NCBI GenBank assembly: GCA_020184695.1
Contig: JAANOX010000074.1
Coordinates: forward strand, 6,417 to 70,416
DNA length: 64,000 nt
Reading direction: 5' to 3'
Source: Histomonas meleagridis 2922-C6/04-290x
Lineage: Eukaryota; Protista; Parabasalia
Shown here: positions 10,780-20,947 of the stretch, piece by piece
Layout of the letters: each line of letters starts with the position of its first letter
How positions within the stretch are numbered: the stretch's first letter is position 1
Program-made: the position numbers and the translations under genes
Notes under the pieces: model-generated
Database searches by the model: none
The model's input: only the letters and a program-made list of their open reading frames with translations
Told to the model about the DNA's origin: nothing

Positions 10780-13503
10780 ATGGAAATAGAAAAGCAATTA
10801 ATACCACATTTCCCTCCTCCTTTTTCCCATGAAAATGCTAACGCATGTGATTTTGGGATTTGTGGTGTTATAGCTGTGGCTTCTGGTGGTTGCGTTCATT
10901 TTTCATATCTTGAAAATAAATCAATTATTCGTGCTTATTCGGTAGTATTGTCAAATAATATTATAACAGCTTTAAAATTCCATCCTAGAGAAAGATATAT
11001 TGCTGTTGGAGATAAAAAAGGATCAATTGTTTTATTTAATATTGATAATAGATCAACAATTTCTTCTTATTCATCAAAAGAAGAAAATCCCGTTTATGCA
11101 CTTGAGTGGAATCAAAACATTTTAATGGTTTTACATGCTAACAAAAATTTTTCAGGATTTACATATTCCGAATCATCAGTTCACCCAAACAGTAAGTCAC
11201 ATGACTTTTTTGAAGTATGGAAAGTTCAACTCCCAGAAGAGTATACTAAAATGTTAATTGATCCAATCTTTAATCAATACATATTATTTAGTGGATTTAA
11301 TTCTTCTTTCTGCATTTTCTATATTCGAAGTGTTAGTGATGATCCAAAAATATTTCTTCGACAAGTTACGATAAATGGTGCTAAAAACATTGTTGAAGCC
11401 AAATGGTCTCTTCATCTTCCATATTATACTTTTCTTCTTCTCGAGTCTGAACTTTTTCTTTTTAATATTAATACACAAGGTATTACATCAGTTACTCCAC
11501 ATCAACAATCTCAATCATCATTTCGATTTCTACTTCAATTTCCATCTGATCATCGGAAGCTTTATGCATTTCATCAATCCGGCACCATTTCTGTATTTCA
11601 TATCAGCGATCCTTTTAATCTTGATTTTCAACGCGAAATCATCTTTACGCAAAAGTGCCAGGAGTTCGTTAATTTTTGTGTTTCACCAATTGATGAATCA
11701 TTTTTAATATTATGGTTTGTTCCATTAGGCTTAGCATTTTTTGATATATCACTTAACAAAATCATTTCATTATGTTCATTATTTATTCGAAAGATTGTTG
11801 CGTTTAGTACTGATGAAATTTCACTAGTTTATTCCACCGATAAAGGCGAAATTGTATGTAGTGATTTATTTGATATTCGTCGGACACAAATCTTTAAAGC
11901 TACGAATCAACCAATTTTATTTGTATCTATTTGTACAGCCTTAAATCAAGTTTTTTGGCATTCATCAGATCAAATTGGATTAATTGATTTAGCATCACGA
12001 ACAGTAAAATATTTAAGTAATAAAGCAACAAAAATCATTAAAGCTCGAGGCTCATTTCAAGGAGGTTTTATAGTACAAAGGTCACAAAATATTTTGGGAT
12101 TATTTATTAATAACAAAGAAAAAATACTTTTACTTAACTCGAATATTATTGATTTTTGTTTTAATGAGAATAACGCATCTGTTGAGAGTGGACAATTTTG
12201 TGTTCTTTTAGATGTGAATGAGATTGTTGTCTATAATTATGAGAATGAAAAAGGTATTATACCTTATCAACGATTTAAAAACATTTTTATAGGCAATGTA
12301 TTACATACTAATTTGTTTTGGTATGACTTAAAAATTATCGCCGGTACACAAGAAGGCGATGTGATTGTGTTTAACTTGAAAGAAAAGAAAATGATAACAC
12401 AAAACATATCGAAAGTTGGTATTAAAAGAATACATATGTTAAACGACGGATTTATAATGGGAATTAATGGGAATAATCATTTGTTTGTTGGATTAAAAAA
12501 TATGTTTTTGGTTAAATCGAAAATATTACAATTTTATCCATTTTCTAAAAATTTGATTTTGATACTTTCTGCAAATGGTTATTTACATTTCATTTGTGGA
12601 AATGATTTTTCTTCACTTTCATTGAAGTCAAATCTATTTCATATTCCGACTAAAGAATATTTCATTTCTCAAAAATTATTAGAACCTAATAAGAATCATT
12701 ACTTTTCTAAAGACGCAAGAGACGCTTGGCTTTTACTTAATAAAAAGATTCCGTTAAGACAAATAGAGCTGTCAACCGTTGACGATAACAAGTTAAGCTT
12801 TGAAAAAATTCAATTGTATTTGATCGATAATTCAAGTTTGAGTGAGCCCCAAAAACGACCGTTAATGTTCTCGTTATACCTTTATTCAAATAATTTCGAA
12901 GAAGCTGCTAAAATATTAAATACAGTACAAACTTATGAAAGCTCATTCTTAAGTGATGTGATTTTGTCGGCTCTTATCTCAGGAGTGGTAGAAAATATTA
13001 ATGAAAAACAAATGATGACATTAAAAATGGCTGCATTATCACTTTTTGCTTCTAAAAGATTCGAAGATGGAGCAATGTTACTTAAACTTGCAAGACTTGA
13101 TAGGATTGCTGTTGATTATCTATTTGAGAATGATCAGATATCATTAGCAATGAAGTTCATAGGAAATATGGAAAACAAAGAAGAGAAAAAAGAACTTCTT
13201 TTGAGGTTTGGAGGGTATTTAATGAAGCATGGTCAGATTCATGAATCGATTCCATTTTTTGCGAGCTGTGGAGAGTTTCATTCGCTATTATATGCGTTAT
13301 ATTCCATGAGAGAAATAGCCGACTGCTTCTTTATAAAGAGATATGCAGAGAAAAATGGATTGCTTCAACCATTAAATGGTAATATAGCAAAGTCAATCGG
13401 AAATATTATGGGACTAGAGGAACTGTGTCATATTATTGATGCTGAATTTAAGGCTTCGATGTCATCTGCGAATTTTGATTTGTCCAAATTATGTGATATT
13501 TAA
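10780..13503 (+). CDS. WD40-repeat protein, WDR11-like
   Basis: 907 aa; N-terminal beta-propeller signatures (ITALKFHP..YIAVGD..G) and a helical C-terminus (FEDGAMLLKL...AVDYL) reminiscent of WDR11. Confidence 0.6.
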   Translation: MEIEKQLIPHFPPPFSHENANACDFGICGVIAVASGGCVHFSYLENKSIIRAYSVVLSNNIITALKFHPRERYIAVGDKKGSIVLFNIDNRSTISSYSSKEENPVYALEWNQNILMVLHANKNFSGFTYSESSVHPNSKSHDFFEVWKVQLPEEYTKMLIDPIFNQYILFSGFNSSFCIFYIRSVSDDPKIFLRQVTINGAKNIVEAKWSLHLPYYTFLLLESELFLFNINTQGITSVTPHQQSQSSFRFLLQFPSDHRKLYAFHQSGTISVFHISDPFNLDFQREIIFTQKCQEFVNFCVSPIDESFLILWFVPLGLAFFDISLNKIISLCSLFIRKIVAFSTDEISLVYSTDKGEIVCSDLFDIRRTQIFKATNQPILFVSICTALNQVFWHSSDQIGLIDLASRTVKYLSNKATKIIKARGSFQGGFIVQRSQNILGLFINNKEKILLLNSNIIDFCFNENNASVESGQFCVLLDVNEIVVYNYENEKGIIPYQRFKNIFIGNVLHTNLFWYDLKIIAGTQEGDVIVFNLKEKKMITQNISKVGIKRIHMLNDGFIMGINGNNHLFVGLKNMFLVKSKILQFYPFSKNLILILSANGYLHFICGNDFSSLSLKSNLFHIPTKEYFISQKLLEPNKNHYFSKDARDAWLLLNKKIPLRQIELSTVDDNKLSFEKIQLYLIDNSSLSEPQKRPLMFSLYLYSNNFEEAAKILNTVQTYESSFLSDVILSALISGVVENINEKQMMTLKMAALSLFASKRFEDGAMLLKLARLDRIAVDYLFENDQISLAMKFIGNMENKEEKKELLLRFGGYLMKHGQIHESIPFFASCGEFHSLLYALYSMREIADCFFIKRYAEKNGLLQPLNGNIAKSIGNIMGLEELCHIIDAEFKASMSSANFDLSKLCDI

Positions 13504-13861
13504 AACATGAATTATAAACATTTTTATTTCTTAAAAGGCGACGTGTTTAGTTAAAGAATTTGTTTGTAAATCCAAATTAAAAAAAAAAAATAGTGAAAAT
13601 TAAAACACAAAGTAATACGATAAATTTTAAACAGCTTTGACATTGTAACATATCTCAAAAAGATAACCCATGGAAAAAAAATAAACACTTTTATTTAAAT
13701 GGTATTTTTTTCTTGAGCAGTGGCACAAATTTTTTTTTCATGTCGGACCTTTGGCATTTAAAATTGAGAACCCAACATTCAAAAAAACCAACCAGAACAT
13801 AAAATTCGATTGAATTGTATCTGAAATACGGAAAAAGTGGTTGAAAAGTGGCACTTTAAAA

Positions 13862-14488
13862 ATGGGAGATGAAGCACCAAAATTTAAGGTCGTTTTCGTA
13901 GGTGATACCACAGTTGGGAAGACATCAATTATACAGAAGTATCTCAACATTAATCAGACAATTACTTCAACACTAGGAGCTACTTCAACAAGAATTGACG
14001 CTAATTTCAACGATTTTGATATGATTATGAATGTATGGGATACAGCTGGACAAGACTCTTTTAGGAACTTAGTTCCTGTTTATGCCAAAGGTTCACATGC
14101 AGTTGTTATCGTATTTGACGTTTCAAATAAATCTACGTATGATCACTTAAATGATTGGTACAATTATCTTACACAACATGTGCAACACTTCAAGTGCGTT
14201 GTAGTTGCAAATAAAATAGATAAAAATTGCGAAATAAATTTTGAAGATGCTTATAGCTGGGCATCCGAGCACAATGCAGAATTAATTAAGACTTCTGCCG
14301 TTGATGGAACTAATATAGAAGCCGTTTTTGAAACAATTTCAAAATTATTATATGAACGTTTTCATGAAAAAAATGATGTTGAAACAACTGAAAAAGGCGA
14401 GGAAAAGAAAGAGAAAGAACCAGACGCTACCAAAGAAGTTGACATCAACCAAAAAGAAAAAGAAAAGAAAGGTGGATGTAGTTGTTAA
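13862..14488 (+). CDS. Rab-family small GTPase
   Basis: GDTTVGKT, WDTAGQ, NKID and SA motifs; C-terminal CSC prenylation site; ATG at 13862 preferred. Confidence 0.92.
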   Translation: MGDEAPKFKVVFVGDTTVGKTSIIQKYLNINQTITSTLGATSTRIDANFNDFDMIMNVWDTAGQDSFRNLVPVYAKGSHAVVIVFDVSNKSTYDHLNDWYNYLTQHVQHFKCVVVANKIDKNCEINFEDAYSWASEHNAELIKTSAVDGTNIEAVFETISKLLYERFHEKNDVETTEKGEEKKEKEPDATKEVDINQKEKEKKGGCSC

Positions 14489-15080
14489 CAAATACCAAAT
14501 GCCAATAAAAAGAAAATGTTTTTTGCGTTTATAAAAAGGGAAAATATTTCATTTTCATTTTTTTAGTTTATCAAAACGATCGATGAAGTTTCATCGTCAA
14601 AAATAGTGCAAACTCAACTGGCAACCGTTTGTAAATTTTGCCGAACTGCGTTTTGTTTGCAAAATTCAATTAAAAGAAGGCATTATTTGAGCGAAGATTT
14701 TGTTTTTTGCGACGACACATTATTTGTAAACTTTTCAAAAACACAAAACCACAAAACGTTTGCGGTCAACCGCAAAAAATAATTCAGCCAAAAAGCATTA
14801 TTTGATCGCAGAGATCAAGAGAAAGCACTTATCCTGGATGCACAACACTTAACCAAACCCCACTCAGCCATGTTTGAACTTATACCATCCAATTTATTCA
14901 TTCATCATATTAAATATTCACCAGATTGACAACAAGGCCAAAATCTTATTCTCTAAAACACTCAACAAGAATAATGCTCATAAAGAACTGAAAGAAAAAC
15001 AAAAACAATTTCCCTAATATTGTTTTATTTAATTTTTCAAACAGTTTATATATTAATATACTATCAAACAACGCACTCTA

Positions 15081-16097
15081 TTATAATACAATCAAATGTG
15101 TGTCTAAGCCGACACTATCTGTAATAATTTCATCAGACACAGGTGCTTTCATAGCTGATTCCTCGCCTGAAATGAGCCACTCGGGCATTAGCAGTCGTGT
15201 AAAAGCACTGTTTAAAGCTTTTTTGAGCACAACTGCTGTAACGTCATTGCCATTAACAACAGCCACTGCAGCATCGTTCTTTCTGCCCATATAGTCGAAC
15301 GAACTAAACACAGTGAGGCAATCATCGTCGATCCATTTAAATCCGTTTTCACAGAACTCATGTGCACGGATTATATGCTTCAATTGATTATCTTCCAAAA
15401 ATTGAGCAATAGCATCTGTATTGAAGAGATAACCAACCCCACGAGTAGATTTCTCAAAAAGTTTATCTGATTCAGCAGGGTCACTCCAAAGTAAATCAGA
15501 TGCAATTGAACATGAGAGATCTGGAATTGGCTTTTCAATTGCTTCAACCTCTGAAAGATCTGAAATGGATGGAGATAATCCACCGTGAACACAGAAGATC
15601 GTGTCATTAACTGTGGCTGCAATTGGCATATGACTGAAACTTTTGCAAAAAAGAGAATAAAGATGATGATCCAGACGCAAAAGGCATTCTTCTTTGAATC
15701 CATATGACCTGGTTATCTGTCTTGATTCGTGGTTCCCTCTAATAATATAAATGTTTTCTGGAAATAAAAGTTTTAGTGAATATAATAATAACAAAACCTC
15801 AATAGAATTTTGGCCGCGGTCCACATAATCCCCAAGAAAAAGATATGTTTGATAAGGTGGGTAATTGAAACATTGAAATATTTGAAGAAGACTGTCAATG
15901 TTTCCGTGTAAGTCACCAACTACCTTCGGATCGCAATGAAGCCGTAAAAGTGTTGGTTCTTTCTGAAATTGCTTTGTAACTGATTTTATCAAACTTTTGA
16001 GGTGGGATGGCTTTAAAGAATCCACACAATGACTATCCTTCCGTGTGCGGCTGATAATAATCTGAAATATAATTTCATGAATATCACACACGCGCAT
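15081..16097 (-). CDS. Ser/Thr protein phosphatase (PPP family, PP1-like)
   Basis: GDLHG, GDYVDRG, RGNHE, HGG, LLWSDP and RAHE motifs. Confidence 0.93.
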   Translation of the reverse strand: MRVCDIHEIIFQIIISRTRKDSHCVDSLKPSHLKSLIKSVTKQFQKEPTLLRLHCDPKVVGDLHGNIDSLLQIFQCFNYPPYQTYLFLGDYVDRGQNSIEVLLLLYSLKLLFPENIYIIRGNHESRQITRSYGFKEECLLRLDHHLYSLFCKSFSHMPIAATVNDTIFCVHGGLSPSISDLSEVEAIEKPIPDLSCSIASDLLWSDPAESDKLFEKSTRGVGYLFNTDAIAQFLEDNQLKHIIRAHEFCENGFKWIDDDCLTVFSSFDYMGRKNDAAVAVVNGNDVTAVVLKKALNSAFTRLLMPEWLISGEESAMKAPVSDEIITDSVGLDTHLIVL

Positions 16098-16278
16098 CTA
16101 CGGGCTAAGAAGTAATCGAAACGTTCGAAAAACATCTCAAAATTGACAGAAACAGTGTATTTCCTCAGAAAAAGCTCCGATAGCGAAAAATTTTCATTCA
16201 AAAACCTCAGGAAAAAACGATGACAATCACCGACCAAAAAGGAAGTGGCAATCTTTTTGGAAAAAAAGTTGGAAAAAA

Positions 16279-16307
16279 GTCATGATGGGAATCGAACCTT
16301 CGACCTC
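16279..16307 (-). pseudogene. tRNA 3'-half remnant (B-box plus acceptor 3' strand plus T-run)
   Basis: Minus strand reads GAGGTCGAAGGTTCGATTCCCATCATGAC followed by TTTTTT; no matching 5' half or A-box is visible upstream. Confidence 0.4.
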
Positions 16308-16825
16308 GATACAAATTTCCCTAATTTTCAACAAATTAGATAAAGTTCTTTCTGTTTTAGTGTTTGCTATGGTTTATCATTGATTGCTTTGATCATTTGT
16401 TGCTTTTGGGATAAATTCATGAATTCATGATTTTTTTTTTCTCCTTCTTGCATGGTGGCTTACCATAATGTTTGCTTCTCGCTTCAGGTCATTGAAGTGA
16501 TTGTAGCACAACACTTGTCGAGAGGGAGCATACACTGCTCTGGCCAGCGATATGAAAAATGTCAGGCAAATTCCACTTTTTGTGAGCAAATAAACCATTC
16601 ACATACTCAACAAAGGGACAAAGAAGAAGAACAATCGGTTTTCGAACATCCTTTCGTTTTTTTTCAAAAAATTTAAAAAGCTTTATCTCTTTGATTTGTC
16701 TTATTATTTAAACATTTGTTAATCCATGCTTGAATATAAAAATAAATGATGATTTTTAGGATAACTGGAAACAACAAACAAGAAATTTCACATGACATTT
16801 CCGGAAATTAACGTTTAAAAAAAAA

Positions 16826-18322
16826 ATGAAAAAAACTAAAATATTACTCACACCAGCAAATAGAAATATTTCAGAATTAACTAGACCAGAACTTGAAAGT
16901 CTTATTATTGAATTTCATCAAGAATCAATTCGTCGTTCTAAGATTATTCATGATTTACGTGAAGAAAATAAAAAAACAGGATCTAAAATGCGTTCTGTTC
17001 AATCTTCACTTCAAGATCAAAATCTAGATTATCTTGTACCACCATCTGCACTTCGTTCTGATTATGCCACTCGATACATTCCCACCAAAACAGAATTTTC
17101 TAGTGATATAGCTACACGTGAGAATGGAGAACCTGCATTAGCACGACCTATTTCAGGATCATATAATCCATATCAAGGGTCAAATCGACGAATCACTTCC
17201 TTAAGACAAAAAATTGGTGATCTTCAACAAGAAATCATTGACACTGAAACTAATATTCATGATCTTTCCGTTGAGCTTGAAAAACTTCGTGCTATACTTG
17301 AAAATCGACCATTCCAACCTCCAACATCAACATTTCAACACCAAAGAAAAGTACCCAAAAAGAAGAAAAAGCCACAAATTACACTTCAGTATTGTATTAA
17401 GTATTGCCGTGGACTTCTTAAGCAAGAAAAAGATCCAATTGCTCATGACATTTTATTATGTGCATATTTTCTCTTAACAAAACAAGATCTTAAAGCACTT
17501 GAACTATTTGATCGATTATATCAAATAGAATTTGGGGAATATGATCCAAATGAAATTGATGATTTACTTAATGATCGTAATGCACAAGTTTCAATTTTAC
17601 TTGAACAATATAAATCACTTAAATCACGACATGATCCATTACGTGATGCATTTATTGATTTGAAATCACGATTACCAAAACATATTTATGATAACAGTGA
17701 TATTTCTAATCAACTTCAAAAGGATATAAATAAACTCAAAAAAGAAATTGGTGAAATACCAAAAATCGAACAAGAGATTAAAGATTTAAAGGATAAAAAA
17801 GCGAAACTTAATGAAGAAAAAGATAAAATTATGAAAGATGGAAGTAATAATCTTTCGAACATTGAAGATGAATATCGAAAGAAAATTAATGGAATAAGTG
17901 AAGACAAAGCAGAAGTTGAACAAGAAAAACGTCAATTAGAAGAAGTCGATAAAAGAATTCGTGAAAGATATAATACAATTGCTGAAGAACTCGAAAGAAT
18001 TAAAAATGAAGAAATTCCTTTGAGAAAAATTTTGGATGATCGAGATTCAAAGAAAAAAGAAATGCATAGGAAATTGGTCATGCTGGAAAATGCTGGAGTC
18101 AAAACACCTCAACAAGTTAGAGAGATATATGCAATTTGTGATAAGAAATCACCTGATCAAATGTCTGATGAAAGATATAAACTAGTTGAAGAATATAACA
18201 AAAATGGAAGAAAATTGAAAAACTTAAAAAAGAATTGCTTAAGGCTAAAGAACATGTATGTCGATAAGCAAAAATTATTAAGATATTATCAAGATATCAT
18301 CGAAAATGAAAATAATTCTTAA
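16826..18322 (+). CDS. Coiled-coil protein, unknown function
   Basis: 498-aa ORF, E/K-rich with heptad periodicity. Confidence 0.8.
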   Translation: MKKTKILLTPANRNISELTRPELESLIIEFHQESIRRSKIIHDLREENKKTGSKMRSVQSSLQDQNLDYLVPPSALRSDYATRYIPTKTEFSSDIATRENGEPALARPISGSYNPYQGSNRRITSLRQKIGDLQQEIIDTETNIHDLSVELEKLRAILENRPFQPPTSTFQHQRKVPKKKKKPQITLQYCIKYCRGLLKQEKDPIAHDILLCAYFLLTKQDLKALELFDRLYQIEFGEYDPNEIDDLLNDRNAQVSILLEQYKSLKSRHDPLRDAFIDLKSRLPKHIYDNSDISNQLQKDINKLKKEIGEIPKIEQEIKDLKDKKAKLNEEKDKIMKDGSNNLSNIEDEYRKKINGISEDKAEVEQEKRQLEEVDKRIRERYNTIAEELERIKNEEIPLRKILDDRDSKKKEMHRKLVMLENAGVKTPQQVREIYAICDKKSPDQMSDERYKLVEEYNKNGRKLKNLKKNCLRLKNMYVDKQKLLRYYQDIIENENNS

Positions 18323-18476
18323 CCGTTATCATAATTCAAAAATTGAAGAGAAAATAATCGTTTATTATTCAATTGAATCACTTCACATCGGCAATTTGAA
18401 CCTTGCTATGTGAAGTGATTTCGGGGTGGCCCTTAAAATTTGACAGTTTTTTCGCTGTGGTCGTTCACTTGAAATC

Positions 18477-20933
18477 ATGGATTTGCAAAAATTTATTGAC
18501 CAACTAAACGATGTAACAACAAAAATCATTGAAAACAAAGAAACCCCACCAACTCCTTTAGACAATGATAGTTTATGGTCACAATTGATTGGAATTTCAG
18601 AAATTGATTTTCAATCTTTGGATTTCATCTTTACAATGCTTAAGGTTTATTCAGAATTTGATAAGAAGTTCACAGCAGAAGTTCCTCCATCTCTTCAAAA
18701 GAAACTTGATACTTTCAAAGATCTTGAGACAGAAGAAGACAAAGTAAATTATGCAAATAGTCTCTTTAGAATCATCAGTTTTATGAAGCCAACTGCTGCA
18801 CAATTAGTTATGGATCATGCAGCTTCATTTGCAAAAGAATATATGATGACTAATGTTGAAACTGCACTAAAACTTATTCAACCATTCGGTCAAGTTATGG
18901 GTGACGGCTTTACAGATGAAAACCTTGATGAATTTCTCATCTTTTTAAGAGAAAAACTTGATGAAGAAGATGCACCAGCATATCTCTTTGCTATGGCACC
19001 AATGGCTTTTGAACTTATGGAGTTCCGTGAAGATGCTGCAGCAGCTTTTTGCGACATTATGTTGAAGTTTTTAGAAGGTAATGATAGTCAAGTTCTTGCA
19101 GCACTTACTTTCATCATATTTTCATCCGAACGATTTATGAATGATCCAGAATTCATGGAAACAAACGGAAAAACTGTGTTTGACAAACTCAAATCTCTTT
19201 TTGTATCTTCAAATGAGATCATCAGTAAGTTTGCTAACAAAGCAATTCGTCAACTTATCATTTGCCATTCATTTTATTCACCAGAATATGTTGATGAAGT
19301 TATTTCTATGTATCCACAATTAAAAGATGGTCAACGTCGTGGCTTCTTAAAGATTATTTCCACCTTTATTACCCCTGAAGAAGATAGTGGTTGTGCTTGC
19401 GGTGAAGAAGAATGTCAATGTGAAGATAACTTATCTATCATTCAACCAATTGTTACATTTACCACCGAAAAACTTAAAGAGGATGATTTATATACCAAAG
19501 GAATTTGTCTTGATATCTTTGGTTCCCTCTGTTCACGTAATCGTTTATATGTTGAAGATGATATTGCACTTGCACTTCAAGAAGCCGAGAAACTTGCTGG
19601 AAGTGAACAATATGACACATATGAATTCGTTGGATTCTTCTGTGAACAGATCATTTGCCAATTCCAAGATGAGTCAACTGACATAATCAAGAAGATTATT
19701 CCACTTTTGTTTGCCCAAATTGACAATGAAAAAGTTGGAAATCTCAAGCACAGAATATATCTTTCATCATCAATCGCCGAAGTTATTGGCCAAGCAAACA
19801 TTTGTCTTGATCTTATACCAAATCTTCAAGACTTTATTCTCAAGGTCACAGAAACTAAAGATGAAAAACTTATTGCATTACTTTGCTCAGTTTGTCATCC
19901 AGTTTATAAGAAATTCACAAATGAATTCACTGTCAAACTTTTCAACATCATCAAGCCAATAATTATCGAAACAAAGAACGACGAATATTTAGATGAATTT
20001 ATACATCTTGCACGTGGAATTATTAAGAATTTCAGTACCATTAATGAAGCAGAAGCATTAAACTTAGCAGAAGCATTGATGAAATCAGAACTTAAGATAT
20101 TAAGAGGTAAGAAAGTATATCAAAACTTACCACCTTGTGCACCTGCATATGAATATTTGTCACAATTCATCAAAACTTACCCATCAAAGTCCTCTGAATT
20201 TTGTAAGGAGATGATTGAATGGATAACCGAAACACCATTTGATATAATTCCACAACTTTTGGTACCATTAACCGCCGGTGTAAAATCGGGGTGCCTCAAA
20301 GCCGATGACGCTTCAAAACTCGCGTCAACCTTGAAATTATATATGAGCAGATTAGACGATGACGACTTTAATGCGGTCCCATCAATTGCCGGAATTCTTT
20401 TAGCATTATTTAATGCATTCCCAGAATCATTAAATCCTGTTAATGAGTATTTCCAACATTTCACACATTTTGTTGAAGCAGCAACTAATAGTATGGAAGA
20501 AGAAGACTTTGATGATGATATTGCACAAATGATTGAAGCGATGCCATCAATTACAAACTTTGTCTTTAATGTATATGCAAATAATGATGAAGTTGAAGTT
20601 GATGATAAATTACTTCAACATCTTATCGATTTCTTACCATTCCCACCAGAAGTTGAAGAAATGAATGACATAATGTTTGATCTTTCACAAATGCTTAATG
20701 ATCCAGAAAGATTTGAAGACATATTATTACCAGCGCTTCGAATGATCACAGAACTTTTATTACTTAAGAAGAGTGAACTTGAAGAATTTGAATTTGAAGA
20801 AGAAACACTTGATGAACTTAAGTCATGTTTAAAGAATTGTGTTAAAGGTAATAAGAAATTACAAATGCAAATCTCAAAAGAATTTGCGAAATCAAGAGCT
20901 AAATTAAATAGATTTAATGCATTAATTAGATAA
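18477..20933 (+). CDS. HEAT/ARM-repeat protein (importin-beta-like)
   Basis: 818-aa acidic all-helical ORF with host-like codon usage and HEAT-like periodicity. Confidence 0.65.
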   Translation: MDLQKFIDQLNDVTTKIIENKETPPTPLDNDSLWSQLIGISEIDFQSLDFIFTMLKVYSEFDKKFTAEVPPSLQKKLDTFKDLETEEDKVNYANSLFRIISFMKPTAAQLVMDHAASFAKEYMMTNVETALKLIQPFGQVMGDGFTDENLDEFLIFLREKLDEEDAPAYLFAMAPMAFELMEFREDAAAAFCDIMLKFLEGNDSQVLAALTFIIFSSERFMNDPEFMETNGKTVFDKLKSLFVSSNEIISKFANKAIRQLIICHSFYSPEYVDEVISMYPQLKDGQRRGFLKIISTFITPEEDSGCACGEEECQCEDNLSIIQPIVTFTTEKLKEDDLYTKGICLDIFGSLCSRNRLYVEDDIALALQEAEKLAGSEQYDTYEFVGFFCEQIICQFQDESTDIIKKIIPLLFAQIDNEKVGNLKHRIYLSSSIAEVIGQANICLDLIPNLQDFILKVTETKDEKLIALLCSVCHPVYKKFTNEFTVKLFNIIKPIIIETKNDEYLDEFIHLARGIIKNFSTINEAEALNLAEALMKSELKILRGKKVYQNLPPCAPAYEYLSQFIKTYPSKSSEFCKEMIEWITETPFDIIPQLLVPLTAGVKSGCLKADDASKLASTLKLYMSRLDDDDFNAVPSIAGILLALFNAFPESLNPVNEYFQHFTHFVEAATNSMEEEDFDDDIAQMIEAMPSITNFVFNVYANNDEVEVDDKLLQHLIDFLPFPPEVEEMNDIMFDLSQMLNDPERFEDILLPALRMITELLLLKKSELEEFEFEEETLDELKSCLKNCVKGNKKLQMQISKEFAKSRAKLNRFNALIR

Positions 20934-20947
20934 ATAAAAAATGAACT

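Noticed and set aside
14560-15000. Possible gene or repeat in the Rab-phosphatase intergenic region (CATTATTTG three times)
   Set aside because: All frames are broken and no family is recognisable; the repeat is too short to support a call.
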